This document shows, piece after piece, positions 29,775-39,451 of a stretch of 64,000 bases of DNA. This stretch comes from Spirochaetota bacterium (GTDB lineage Bacteria; Spirochaetota; UBA4802; UBA5550), in assembly GCA_963664815.2 (NCBI GenBank), contig CAXXHB010000003.1, positions 4,032,001 to 4,096,000 on the forward strand, written 5' to 3'. The translations under genes and the position numbers were made by a program. The notes beneath the pieces were generated by a model, which was given only the letters and a program-made list of their open reading frames with translations, had not been told where the DNA came from and searched no databases. Each line of letters starts with the position of its first letter. The first letter of the stretch is position 1.

Positions 29775-31736
29775 TTATTTACTTATAATATCATAGTAAT
29801 CGCACCCGACATTAATAGCCTCCCTGAGAAAAAGATCATTTTTTAGATCTATTCCTTCTTTCTCTCTGCCATTTTTAATTTTCTCTTCCATCTCTTTTTC
29901 CTGCTGGCGGTTTTTATCAGATTCCTCTTTAAGACTTATACTTTTATTTTTCAGTTTGGCCCTGTAATCAGCAATTTTTTTTCTGAGCTCCGCATATTCA
30001 CCTTTATCTGTTCTACCAGCAGAGAGCTTTTTCAGACTATTTACTATGGATTCATTAACCACAGATTGATTATGATATTTATACTTTTGAAATTCCGCAC
30101 TTTCAATTTTTTCCCACTTCAACGGGTACTTGGTTTCGCTCTCATTCATTTCCCATATTGCAGTAATATCAGGCACCAGAAGATCCGGAGCTATACCTGT
30201 CAGTTGATTGGATGTTCCGCCCGGTTGATAAAAAATGTGAGTAGTAATCTTTATTGCACCAAGATTATTCTGAAGAACATTATATGATTGAACGGTTCCT
30301 TTCCCATATGTATTTCCTGAACCTACAATAAGTCCCCTCTTATAATCTTTTATCGCTCCTGCAAGAATTTCAGATGCGCTTGCACTAAATGTATCAATCA
30401 GAACAATGAGCGGGCCTTCGTAGTATATTTTAGGGTCATTATCATAATATATTCTTGGCGGGGTATTTTTTCTGACAAGCTGAAGCACCGGTCCCTGCTC
30501 AATGAAAAGCCCGGCAATATCAACAGCCTCGGTTAACAGACCTCCTGGATTTCCACGAAGATCAAGAACCACAACATTAACTTTTTCTTTTGCAAGATTA
30601 CCAAGTAATTCTTTAACATCACCTGATGAGCTTTTCCCGCTATCAGGATCTTCATAAAATGATGGAAGTTTTATATATCCAACCTTGTAAGGTTTGCCCC
30701 TTTTGTTGATCACCTCAATATGTGATTTGGCATCACTATCTTTAAGAGCAATCTCTTCCCGAATTATCGGTATTATAAGCCGTGATGTCTTGTCTGATTT
30801 TTCCATTTCCCTTATAATAGTAAGAGTAACTCCCGTTCCTTTCTCCCCACGAATAAGCTTAACTACATCACGAAGATCCATGTCAATTACATCAACTGGT
30901 TCCCCTTTACCCTGGGCCACTGCAACTATTTTATCATTCGGTTTCAATTTAAGAGATTCTGAGAGTTTATCAGCAGCTCCTCCGGCTATTATCGATTCCA
31001 CTACAACAAATCCATCTTCAGACCTTAATCTTACCCCTATTCCTTCAAGTTTAAGCTCCATTGAAATCTTAAAATCCTGGTGTTCCTCTTCGGACAGGTA
31101 ATTGGTATGAGGATCAAGCGCCGCTGTTATTGAGTTCATAAACATATTCAGAAGTTTGTCTTCATCAATCTCATCAATCCTCTTTTTCATTAATTTATAT
31201 TTCTTTTCAAGTTTCTGCTTGCCTTCCTTAATACTTTTCCCAGATGAAACATAGTTCAGAAGCTGGAGCTTTACATTTTTTCTCCATCTCTCTTTCATTT
31301 CAGCTTTATTTTCAGCATACGGAATTTTTTCCCGGTCCAACATTATAGATTCATCTTTGGTAAAATCATAATCCTCTTTGATTAATTCATCAAACATCAG
31401 CATTGCTTCATTACTTCTTTCTCTGTAAACTTTAAATATTTCAAAAACAGCACGATAATCACTGGCAGCAATAAAATCATCAAAAAGGAGTTCATATTTT
31501 GAAAACATTTTCATATCTGACTGATAGAAATAGTATTTTCCGTAATCGAGACTCTCTATATAATTACTATATATTCTTTTTGAAAGGGTATCATCAATAG
31601 TATTATATTGTGCATGAATTGCCAGCACCTGATTAACCAGAAATTGCATATCATTCTGCTTAAGGCCTTCTGATTTTTTAAAACATGAAAAAATTATAAT
31701 CAGCGTCAATAACGGAATAAACCTCTTTTTAAACAT
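29775..31736 (-). CDS. prc: Carboxy-terminal processing protease (S41, Prc/Tsp type), probable lipoprotein
   Basis: DPHTNYL, PDZ 'LEGIGVRL', DLRGNPGG, SASASEI (Ser), YGKGTVQ (Lys); lipobox-like IFSC. Confidence 0.92.
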   Translation of the reverse strand: MFKKRFIPLLTLIIIFSCFKKSEGLKQNDMQFLVNQVLAIHAQYNTIDDTLSKRIYSNYIESLDYGKYYFYQSDMKMFSKYELLFDDFIAASDYRAVFEIFKVYRERSNEAMLMFDELIKEDYDFTKDESIMLDREKIPYAENKAEMKERWRKNVKLQLLNYVSSGKSIKEGKQKLEKKYKLMKKRIDEIDEDKLLNMFMNSITAALDPHTNYLSEEEHQDFKISMELKLEGIGVRLRSEDGFVVVESIIAGGAADKLSESLKLKPNDKIVAVAQGKGEPVDVIDMDLRDVVKLIRGEKGTGVTLTIIREMEKSDKTSRLIIPIIREEIALKDSDAKSHIEVINKRGKPYKVGYIKLPSFYEDPDSGKSSSGDVKELLGNLAKEKVNVVVLDLRGNPGGLLTEAVDIAGLFIEQGPVLQLVRKNTPPRIYYDNDPKIYYEGPLIVLIDTFSASASEILAGAIKDYKRGLIVGSGNTYGKGTVQSYNVLQNNLGAIKITTHIFYQPGGTSNQLTGIAPDLLVPDITAIWEMNESETKYPLKWEKIESAEFQKYKYHNQSVVNESIVNSLKKLSAGRTDKGEYAELRKKIADYRAKLKNKSISLKEESDKNRQQEKEMEEKIKNGREKEGIDLKNDLFLREAINVGCDYYDIISK

Positions 31737-31931
31737 AACTACTCCTGAAATATCTGATCCCGTGTATAAAACCGGAAGTTTTTTTACAAAAATATCTATC
31801 TAGAAGAAAATAGTTTATGGATTTTTTCAAGGTATTTTTTAATGATGCGTTAGAATAGTTGATTTGTATTGTTACTTTTTTCATTAACATCAATTATTTG
31901 ATTTCAAAGTTCAAAAAAATTGGAGGATTAC

Positions 31932-33380
31932 ATGATATACAGAAAGGGATTTGTGGAACTTGCAAAACTGCTCTCTGAAAAGAAAATTTCATCAAAAGAA
32001 ATTGCCGAGTCTTATATAAAAAGAATTAAAGATATTGATAATGTAATAAACTCCTATATTACTTTTGATGAAGAAAGATTAATAAAAGAAGCAGAAATTT
32101 CAGATGCCAGAAGGTCTGCCGATAAAACCCTTTCTCCTTTTGACGGAATTCCTGTTGCAATAAAGGATAATATTAATACCAAATATATAAGAACAACCTG
32201 CGGTTCCAGAATACTGGAAAAATTTATCCCCCCTTTCAATGCCACAGCATACGAAAGACTCCTTGAAAAAGGAATCATTGCACTTGGGAAAACAAATCTT
32301 GATGAATTTGCTATGGGCTCTTCAACTGAAAACTCATTTTTCGGACCAACCAAAAATCCATACGACACATCAAGAGTTCCGGGAGGGAGTTCAGGTGGAT
32401 CAGCTGCATCAGTAGCAGCATTCATGGCGCCAGCATCACTTGGATCGGATACAGGTGGTTCAATACGTCAACCAGCATCTTTTTGCGGAATAACAGGAAT
32501 CAAGCCAACATACGGGAGAGTCTCCAGATATGGTCTTGTCGCATTTGCTTCATCGCTTGATCAGATAGGTACATTCGGACGAAATGTTTCAGACGCCGCA
32601 ACACTCCTCCAGATTATCAGCGGATACGATAACATGGATTCAACATCAATAAACAAGGATGTTGATATAGATGCCGGTAAGCTAACAAGAAAAGTTGAAG
32701 GATTGAGAATTGGCATCCCTGCAGAGTATCTTCTTGGTATAGACAGCGAGATAAATGATTGCATTGAGCAGAAAATAAATGAGCTTGAAAAACTCGGCGC
32801 TGAGATTAAAAAAATAAATCTGAGATTTACTGAATATGCAATACCTGTATATTATCTCATTGCAACTGCCGAAGCTTCATCAAACCTTGCGAGGTATGAT
32901 GGAGTAAAATACGGATACAGATCAAATAACATTAATGATCTCTCATCATTATACGTTAAATCAAGAAGTGAAGGCTTTGGCAAAGAGGTTAAGCGAAGAA
33001 TAATTCTTGGCACTTTTTCATTAAGTTCAGGATATTACGACGCTTATTATCTGAAAGCACTTAAAGGGAGAAAACTGATCATCAATGATTTTAAAAATGC
33101 TTTCTCGCAGGTTGATGCGATAATTGCACCAATTACTACAACAACAGCATTTAAAATCGGCGAGATGATAAACGATCCTCTCAAGATGTATATGTCGGAC
33201 ATTTTATCCGTGTCAGCAAACCTTGCCGGTATTCCTGCTCTCTCAATACCGGTTGGACTTGACAGCAACGGACTCCCTATAGGAATTCAGATTATGGGAA
33301 ATCATTTTCATGAGCAGAGAATTTTAAATATAGCAGCCGCATTAGAAGATACATGTGATGAAATTTCACCGTCAATTTAG
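31932..33380 (+). CDS. gatA: Asp/Glu-tRNA amidotransferase subunit A
   Basis: GKTNLDEFAMGSSTENS, PGGSSGGS, GSDTGGSIRQP, SSNLARYDG, EVKRRIILG, GYYDAYY. Confidence 0.97.
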   Translation: MIYRKGFVELAKLLSEKKISSKEIAESYIKRIKDIDNVINSYITFDEERLIKEAEISDARRSADKTLSPFDGIPVAIKDNINTKYIRTTCGSRILEKFIPPFNATAYERLLEKGIIALGKTNLDEFAMGSSTENSFFGPTKNPYDTSRVPGGSSGGSAASVAAFMAPASLGSDTGGSIRQPASFCGITGIKPTYGRVSRYGLVAFASSLDQIGTFGRNVSDAATLLQIISGYDNMDSTSINKDVDIDAGKLTRKVEGLRIGIPAEYLLGIDSEINDCIEQKINELEKLGAEIKKINLRFTEYAIPVYYLIATAEASSNLARYDGVKYGYRSNNINDLSSLYVKSRSEGFGKEVKRRIILGTFSLSSGYYDAYYLKALKGRKLIINDFKNAFSQVDAIIAPITTTTAFKIGEMINDPLKMYMSDILSVSANLAGIPALSIPVGLDSNGLPIGIQIMGNHFHEQRILNIAAALEDTCDEISPSI

Positions 33381-33879
33381 TTTAATACTGCTTATTTTAT
33401 TGCCATTTCCATCTTGCAGTTCTTATAATGAAATGGTAATCAGTAACAGAATTCATTTACCTGGTGAAATTTCAGAGTTTAATTTTAGTGATAAAAGTAA
33501 AATACAGGAATATAAATCCAGAACCGGAAAAGATAAAAGTTTACTGATAGAATCAAGAAAATATCTGGCAAAATGTAAAAGTTTAAATCCTGAATCTGAG
33601 ATTGTGGATGCCGGAATCAGGGAAGTGCTGAAGGGAAATTATAATGAGGCGGAAATTCTTTTTAAAGAAGTTCAGGATAGTATTCCCGACGGATCAGTTG
33701 AGAATAACCTTGCAGTTATATTTGAGTTAACCAGAAGAAAAAAAGAAGCGATGATAATGTACTCAAAGGCTTTGTTCAAATCTCCCAATAATTCCGGTTT
33801 CAAATATAACTTAATATCATTTATCAATCTTAATTATTACAGTTTGGAAAACCAGTTTAATTTAAATACGGTAAAATAA
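33355..33879 (+). CDS. TPR-containing putative lipoprotein
   Basis: Hydrophobic leader plus Cys; 'ENNLAVIFE...EA...Y.KAL' TPR. Confidence 0.65.
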   Translation: MMKFHRQFSLILLILLPFPSCSSYNEMVISNRIHLPGEISEFNFSDKSKIQEYKSRTGKDKSLLIESRKYLAKCKSLNPESEIVDAGIREVLKGNYNEAEILFKEVQDSIPDGSVENNLAVIFELTRRKKEAMIMYSKALFKSPNNSGFKYNLISFINLNYYSLENQFNLNTVK

Positions 33880-34878
33880 ATGCTTACAGACAATTTTTTA
33901 AGAAAACATAATTACCTCCGGATTTCGGTTACTGATAAATGCAATCTAAGATGCAGGTATTGCATGCCTCCTCAAGGTGTCAAATTCATGTCACATGATG
34001 AAATTTTAAGAAATGAAGAATTCATAAAGATTATAGATATATTCGTCACAATGGGTATAAATAAAATAAGATTTACGGGAGGAGAACCTCTGATAAGAAG
34101 AGGATTTTTTGATATTATCTCGGAAACTGTGAAAGTTCACCCCGAAACAGATCTCTGTGTTACGACAAATGGCACCTTACTGGGTGATCATATTTCTGAC
34201 CTGAAAAGATACAATGTAAGAAAGCTTAATATAAGTCTTGATACAATGTCTCGTGAGAAATTCAGGGCATTAACAGGGATGGACTCTTTCAATACTGTTA
34301 TAAACAATATAGAAAAATCGCTAAATGAGAAATTTTTTAATGTTAAAGTAAACGGAGTTTTGCTTAAAAGTACTCTTGGAGAAATTGATGATTTCCTCAA
34401 CTATTTTGCTGATAAAAATGTTACGCTGAGATTTATTGAACGAATGCCCATAATTGAGCAGGATGTGTTTAACGAGTTTATTCCTTCAGATGAACTTATA
34501 CGTATACTCAAAGACAAGGGAGAGCTAACTCGAAAAAATGGTGATGATACTGATGTCTCTCTGAGATACGATCTTAAATATAAAAATAAGATTATAAGAA
34601 TAGGAATAATCCCCCCAGTTACTCACAGATTCTGCGCAACATGCAATAGAATCCGAATAACCGCCGACGGTAATCTTAAAACATGCCTTTACTCCGATAA
34701 ACTCTACAACCTTAAAGACCTTATCAGAAGTAAAACAACCGAAAGTGAAATTATGCAATATATTGTTTCAACAATAAAGGAAAAAGGGGAAGGGCACACC
34801 ATCAAATGTACAGCAGACAACTCAGGGTGCAGGTCTATTACTGCGATATTCAAGTCTATGTCAAGCATCGGCGGATAA
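33880..34878 (+). CDS. moaA: GTP 3',8-cyclase (radical SAM)
   Basis: YLRISVTDKCNLRCRYCMP, FTGGEP, FCATCNRIR...C, C-terminal MSSIGG. Confidence 0.95.
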   Translation: MLTDNFLRKHNYLRISVTDKCNLRCRYCMPPQGVKFMSHDEILRNEEFIKIIDIFVTMGINKIRFTGGEPLIRRGFFDIISETVKVHPETDLCVTTNGTLLGDHISDLKRYNVRKLNISLDTMSREKFRALTGMDSFNTVINNIEKSLNEKFFNVKVNGVLLKSTLGEIDDFLNYFADKNVTLRFIERMPIIEQDVFNEFIPSDELIRILKDKGELTRKNGDDTDVSLRYDLKYKNKIIRIGIIPPVTHRFCATCNRIRITADGNLKTCLYSDKLYNLKDLIRSKTTESEIMQYIVSTIKEKGEGHTIKCTADNSGCRSITAIFKSMSSIGG

Positions 34879-34879
34879 A

Positions 34880-35701
34880 TTATTTAAATGCTGCAAGCTT
34901 TCCCGTTCTGTCTATCCCAAGGCTTTTAAGAAAATGTACATTCTCAGCACGAATTCTGTTTCCAAAACTTTCCGGTTTAATCAGATTAATTTTATTTAAA
35001 ATATCGCTTCTCACCTTCATAAACTGTGTTGTATAAAAAAAATAACCTTTAAGAGTTCTGTCATAAATAAATATTTTATGAATACTGTAATCTCCTGAGT
35101 TGAATATTTTCATACCAAATTTTGTTGAATTACCAATTGAAGTATTATTTACAATAAAATTATCCCCATTGTTAATAAACTCACTCCTGAAGTAAAGAGA
35201 GCCAAGTCTATTATCCTTAACAGCAAAATGTGAAATTATTTTCTCAGGAATATCTCTATCTTTGGTATTTATTACTACATTATCTTCCGGAGATTTTATT
35301 TTATACCCATCAAGAATCAATGTCGAGATTGTCCCTTGAGTTTGAGAATAGTAACTCATCCCTTTTAGCGCGGAAAAACCTGTTAATGTTCTGTATATTT
35401 TAAGTCTATTTGCTTTGCTCACTTCCATGTAAAAAAAACCTTTTTCAACAGCTACTATATCATAGTCAGAAGATGTCTCGGTAAAATAATAATTTTTAAC
35501 AGGCAAAATATTCTCTACACCGGGAGTATAGACCTCACCTTTTCCATTCAATATAACTGATGTCAGGAACTCTCCGCTTAGAACAATCTTCATCTCTGCT
35601 GATGTAAAAAATAGTTTTGACGATATTTCAGAAGCAGGATAAAGTAATGAAGATATAAATATAAAAATTATTGTATTTAAAAAATTTTTTATACTTAACA
35701 T
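34880..35701 (-). CDS. Secreted hypothetical protein (DUF6675-like, spirochaete type)
   Basis: 'LKGMSYYS', 'KDNRLG', 'SFGNRIRA' pattern recalled from spirochaete proteins; signal peptide. Confidence 0.55.
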   Translation of the reverse strand: MLSIKNFLNTIIFIFISSLLYPASEISSKLFFTSAEMKIVLSGEFLTSVILNGKGEVYTPGVENILPVKNYYFTETSSDYDIVAVEKGFFYMEVSKANRLKIYRTLTGFSALKGMSYYSQTQGTISTLILDGYKIKSPEDNVVINTKDRDIPEKIISHFAVKDNRLGSLYFRSEFINNGDNFIVNNTSIGNSTKFGMKIFNSGDYSIHKIFIYDRTLKGYFFYTTQFMKVRSDILNKINLIKPESFGNRIRAENVHFLKSLGIDRTGKLAAFK

Positions 35702-35719
35702 GGCTTCATGGATATTATT

Positions 35720-36418
35720 TTATATTCCGCGGATGAAGCAGAAATCGGTAAATTTTTCCGTTTCATTTTTCAACAAATTCAGATATTCAGATGTGTAAGG
35801 TTTGAGCTGTTTTAGCCTGTCGTCAAGAAGAGTATTTATGTTTACAAACTGTTGTAAGTAATATTTTTTCACTCTCCCTGTTGATTCGCCTATTTTTATT
35901 ATATCATTAACAGTTACAAATCCCGGGACACAGGTTGTTCTTATTTCATAATCAATTAATGATTTTTTAAGTATATCCAGTGTTGTAACAATTTCGTTAA
36001 AAGAAAAATCCCTTCCTGTCAATAAAGGATATTTCTCCGGAGAAGTCTTTACATCAACAGCAACATAGTCCACTAACCCTTTTTCAATACATTCCGAAAT
36101 AACATGAGGAAGAAAACCGTTTGTATCAAGTTTGACATGAAGTCCCATAGAGTTAACTCTTTCCAAAAATGGAATTAGCCCACTGTCTATTGCCGGTTCT
36201 CCTCCTGTAACAGTTATTCCATCTATTAACCCTTTTCTTTTTTCTATAAAAGAAAAAATTTCCTCATCTTCAAATTTTTCCAGATCAGAGCTATTCATCG
36301 CAAGTTCAGGATTGTGGCAATAACCACACCTTAAATTGCAACCCCCGGTAAATATAACCGAACATATCTTCCCGGGGTAGTCTATCAGGGAAGTTTTAAA
36401 CAGCCCTCTTATATTCAT
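35720..36418 (-). CDS. nrdG: Anaerobic ribonucleotide reductase activating enzyme
   Basis: 'SLIDYPG', CNLRCGYCHN radical-SAM motif, TGGEP, KLDTNG; downstream of nrdD. Confidence 0.93.
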   Translation of the reverse strand: MNIRGLFKTSLIDYPGKICSVIFTGGCNLRCGYCHNPELAMNSSDLEKFEDEEIFSFIEKRKGLIDGITVTGGEPAIDSGLIPFLERVNSMGLHVKLDTNGFLPHVISECIEKGLVDYVAVDVKTSPEKYPLLTGRDFSFNEIVTTLDILKKSLIDYEIRTTCVPGFVTVNDIIKIGESTGRVKKYYLQQFVNINTLLDDRLKQLKPYTSEYLNLLKNETEKFTDFCFIRGI

Positions 36419-36575
36419 TTAGTGAGTATACTTTATCTGTCAGATTAGAATCAATAGAATATTCCCTTCTTTCAGAAAATTCCTCCTGTTTTCCTTTATT
36501 CCATTGGTTAACCGGCCTGAAATAACCGACGACTCTTGAATATACCTCTGTACAAACCACAATTTCTTTTTTCAT
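36396..36575 (-). CDS. Stand-alone NrdD C-terminal glycyl-radical peptide (59 aa; not in ORF track)
   Basis: AGGAG RBS; MKKEIVVCTEVYSRVVGYFRPVNQWNKGKQEEFSERREYSIDSNLTDKVYSLNEYKRAV; contains the RVVGY glycyl-radical motif. Confidence 0.9.
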   Translation of the reverse strand: MKKEIVVCTEVYSRVVGYFRPVNQWNKGKQEEFSERREYSIDSNLTDKVYSLNEYKRAV

Positions 36576-36617
36576 CTTATGTCTCCTACAGGATTGAATA
36601 TCATTTAATACTATATA

Positions 36618-38651
36618 TTACTTATCGACCTCTATCCCGTATTTCAATAGCTCTTCCGGAGTATGATCGAAGGGACAGTATTTATGTTCCCCGGAAATAT
36701 ATCCATGTATTGGACAAATACTGAAAGTAGGGGTTAGAGTAAAATAGGGGAGTGCATAATTTTCTGATATTTTTCTTACAAGCGATTTGACCACCTCTAT
36801 ATCATCAATCTTTTCACCAAGAAAAAGATGAACAACCGTACCGCCTGTAAATTTAGTTTGAAGTGAATCCTGATGATCAAGAACTTCAAAGAGATCATCT
36901 GTATATGATACCGGGAGATGAACCGAATTTGTATAATATGGTTCATTTTTACCTGCGGTTTTTATTTCAGGATAGCGGGCTTTATCACTTCTGGCAAATC
37001 TATATGTTACACCTTCAGCTGGAGTTGCCTCAAGATTGTAAAAGTGACCCGTTTCCTCCTGGTACTTCATTATCTTATCTCTCATAAAATCAAGAACTTT
37101 AAGTGCAAAGGTTTTGCCCTCAATTGTTGAGATATCAGCATTGAGAAAATTAACACATGCCTCGTTCATTCCCACAAGTCCTATGGTAGAGAAATGGTTA
37201 CCCCAGTATTTTTTATCCCTGTCCCATACTCCTGAAAGATAATATCTTGTATATGGATAAAGATCACTTGATGTAAAATTTTCAAGAGCCTTCCTTTTAA
37301 TTTCGAGGGAGTTCTTTGCAAGTATCATCAAATTTTCTAGTCGTATAAAAAAGTCCTCTTCATTTTCAGCAAGAAATCCTACTCTTGGCAGATTAATTGT
37401 AACAACCCCGATGCTGCCGGTAAGAGGGTTTGCTCCAAACAGACCACCTCCTCTTTTACGCAACTCCCTGTTGTCAAGACGTAACCTGCAGCACATTGAT
37501 CTCGCATCTTCCGGATCCATGTCGGAATTAACAAAGTTGGCAAAATATGGAATTCCGTATCGTGCAGTCATTTCCCATATCTTATTTAGATTCGGATTAT
37601 CCCACTCAAAATCCTTGGATATGTTATATGTAGGAATCGGAAAAGTGAATATTCTGTTTTTTGCATCGCCTTCCGTCAGACACTCAGCAAAGGCGGAGTT
37701 GAATATATCCATCTCTTTAGTAAATTCACCATAGGTCCTGTCCATCAGCTCTCCGCCAATAATAACATACTCTGCAGCAACAGTTGATGGAGGTATCAGA
37801 TCAAGAGTAACATTTGTAAATGGCGTCTGAAATCCAACCCTCGTTGGTATGTTCATGTTGAAAACAAATTCCTGGAGGGATTGTTTAACTTCATCATATT
37901 CAAGATTATCGTAGTAAATAAAAGGTGCAAGATATGTGTCAAAATTGGCAAAAGCCTGTGCTCCTGCTGACTCTCCCTGCAGTGTGTAAAAAAAGTTTAC
38001 CACCTGGCCGAGTGCACTTCTGAAATGCTTTGCCGGTTTACTTTCTACTTTTCCCGGAACTCCTGAAAAACCTTTTATAAGCAGATCCTTCAAATCCCAT
38101 CCAACACAATAAGCTGACAGAAGTCCGAGATCATGAAGATGAAAATCACCATTGATATGTGGTTCTCTGACTTCCGGTGGATATATTCTTTCAAGCCAGT
38201 ATTTTGCTGTAAGCGAAGTCGATATATGATTATTGAGCCCCTGGAGAGAATAGCTCATGTTACTATTCTCATTTACCCTCCAATCAGACCTGTCGAGATA
38301 ATTGTCAATAAGTTCAAGTCCTTCGTTTAGAAGATCTTTCCCGTCCCTGATCCTTCTATGCTGTTCTCTGTAAATAATATATGCCTTTGCAACCTTGGCG
38401 TGTCCTCTTTCAATGAGCATTTTCTCAACAAGATCCTGAACATTTTCTACTGTGGGGATTCTGCCGTCTTTATATACTATACTCAATATATCCTGAACAG
38501 AACATGCAACTTTTTCAGCTGTATCACGGCTTGTTCCACCCACAGCTTGTGCCGATTTAAAAATTGCATCTGTTATTTTATCGATATTAAAAGGAACAAT
38601 ACGACCGTCCCTCTTACGGATATATCCAAGATCTGTTTCATCTTTCATCAA
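36618..38651 (-). CDS. nrdD: Class III ribonucleoside-triphosphate reductase, catalytic body with ATP cone but no glycyl-radical loop
   Basis: ATP cone (IRKRDGR...VENVQDLVE...AKAYIIYR), HLHDL, YCVGW, SMCCRL, NLEATPAE, YYTNS, FTGGTV, TPTFSICPIHG; ends without an RxxGY motif. Confidence 0.95.
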   Translation of the reverse strand: MMKDETDLGYIRKRDGRIVPFNIDKITDAIFKSAQAVGGTSRDTAEKVACSVQDILSIVYKDGRIPTVENVQDLVEKMLIERGHAKVAKAYIIYREQHRRIRDGKDLLNEGLELIDNYLDRSDWRVNENSNMSYSLQGLNNHISTSLTAKYWLERIYPPEVREPHINGDFHLHDLGLLSAYCVGWDLKDLLIKGFSGVPGKVESKPAKHFRSALGQVVNFFYTLQGESAGAQAFANFDTYLAPFIYYDNLEYDEVKQSLQEFVFNMNIPTRVGFQTPFTNVTLDLIPPSTVAAEYVIIGGELMDRTYGEFTKEMDIFNSAFAECLTEGDAKNRIFTFPIPTYNISKDFEWDNPNLNKIWEMTARYGIPYFANFVNSDMDPEDARSMCCRLRLDNRELRKRGGGLFGANPLTGSIGVVTINLPRVGFLAENEEDFFIRLENLMILAKNSLEIKRKALENFTSSDLYPYTRYYLSGVWDRDKKYWGNHFSTIGLVGMNEACVNFLNADISTIEGKTFALKVLDFMRDKIMKYQEETGHFYNLEATPAEGVTYRFARSDKARYPEIKTAGKNEPYYTNSVHLPVSYTDDLFEVLDHQDSLQTKFTGGTVVHLFLGEKIDDIEVVKSLVRKISENYALPYFTLTPTFSICPIHGYISGEHKYCPFDHTPEELLKYGIEVDK

Positions 38652-38848
38652 AGTTGAACCTCGTAGTTACAAATAAAAAAAATAAAGAATACCATATTCA
38701 GCAATTTTCTACTGCAGAAAACAGGGAAATAAAGTTGTTTATATTTATTTACGTAGGTAATGCACGATTGAGCTCTCAATCCATTAATTAGATTTTGCAA
38801 AATTCTGCATTTAAGTCAATCAAAAATATTATGTCTCAAAAAAAATAT

Positions 38849-38875
38849 TATAAAAAAATGTTAGGATGCCGATAG
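38849..38875 (+). promoter_or_regulatory. Sigma28-like promoter
   Basis: TATA-N15-GCCGATAG upstream of the 38926 ORF. Confidence 0.45.
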
Positions 38876-38925
38876 AAAAATTAGAGAAGTGTATCCCTTA
38901 ATATTATACTATTTTGGAGCTAAGC

Positions 38926-39447
38926 ATGAAAAGACATTCAATCCTGATAATATTCGTTTTAACAATTGCAACAGTATTTATAAGCAGCTCAGGAGCTATG
39001 TACAGTTCTTCAATAATTGAGAAAATAAAACCGATCTCAGATGAGATTCCCACAGGATATATGTTTGGCCAGGTTCCTGAATTTGCGCGTAGTTTACTGA
39101 AAAGCAATCCATGGACCCTTGATCAAACAGCAATTAAAAAGCTTACAAACAGAATATATCCCGGGGGTGAATATACAAAAGTATCAGATCTCCACATGAC
39201 CATAATTACCAACAAAAAGAATCCTTATGGTGATGATATTGTATGTTACATATTTATTTTCAGAAATGAAAAATCAGCCCAGGAAGAATTGGTTAAACTG
39301 AATGAACATGTCAATTACAACAGTGACAGAGCAATTATTATTGAGAAAAAAAATCTTGCTGTTTACCTCCATGTTGACAGTGTAAAGGATTTCGAGTACA
39401 TAAAAGCAATGTCCGAATCTATGAAAAAGAGACTTGAAACACTATAG
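38926..39447 (+). CDS. Secreted hypothetical protein
   Basis: GGAG RBS, ATG at 38926, signal peptide; no recognised motif. Confidence 0.7.
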   Translation: MKRHSILIIFVLTIATVFISSSGAMYSSSIIEKIKPISDEIPTGYMFGQVPEFARSLLKSNPWTLDQTAIKKLTNRIYPGGEYTKVSDLHMTIITNKKNPYGDDIVCYIFIFRNEKSAQEELVKLNEHVNYNSDRAIIIEKKNLAVYLHVDSVKDFEYIKAMSESMKKRLETL

Positions 39448-39451
39448 AAAA

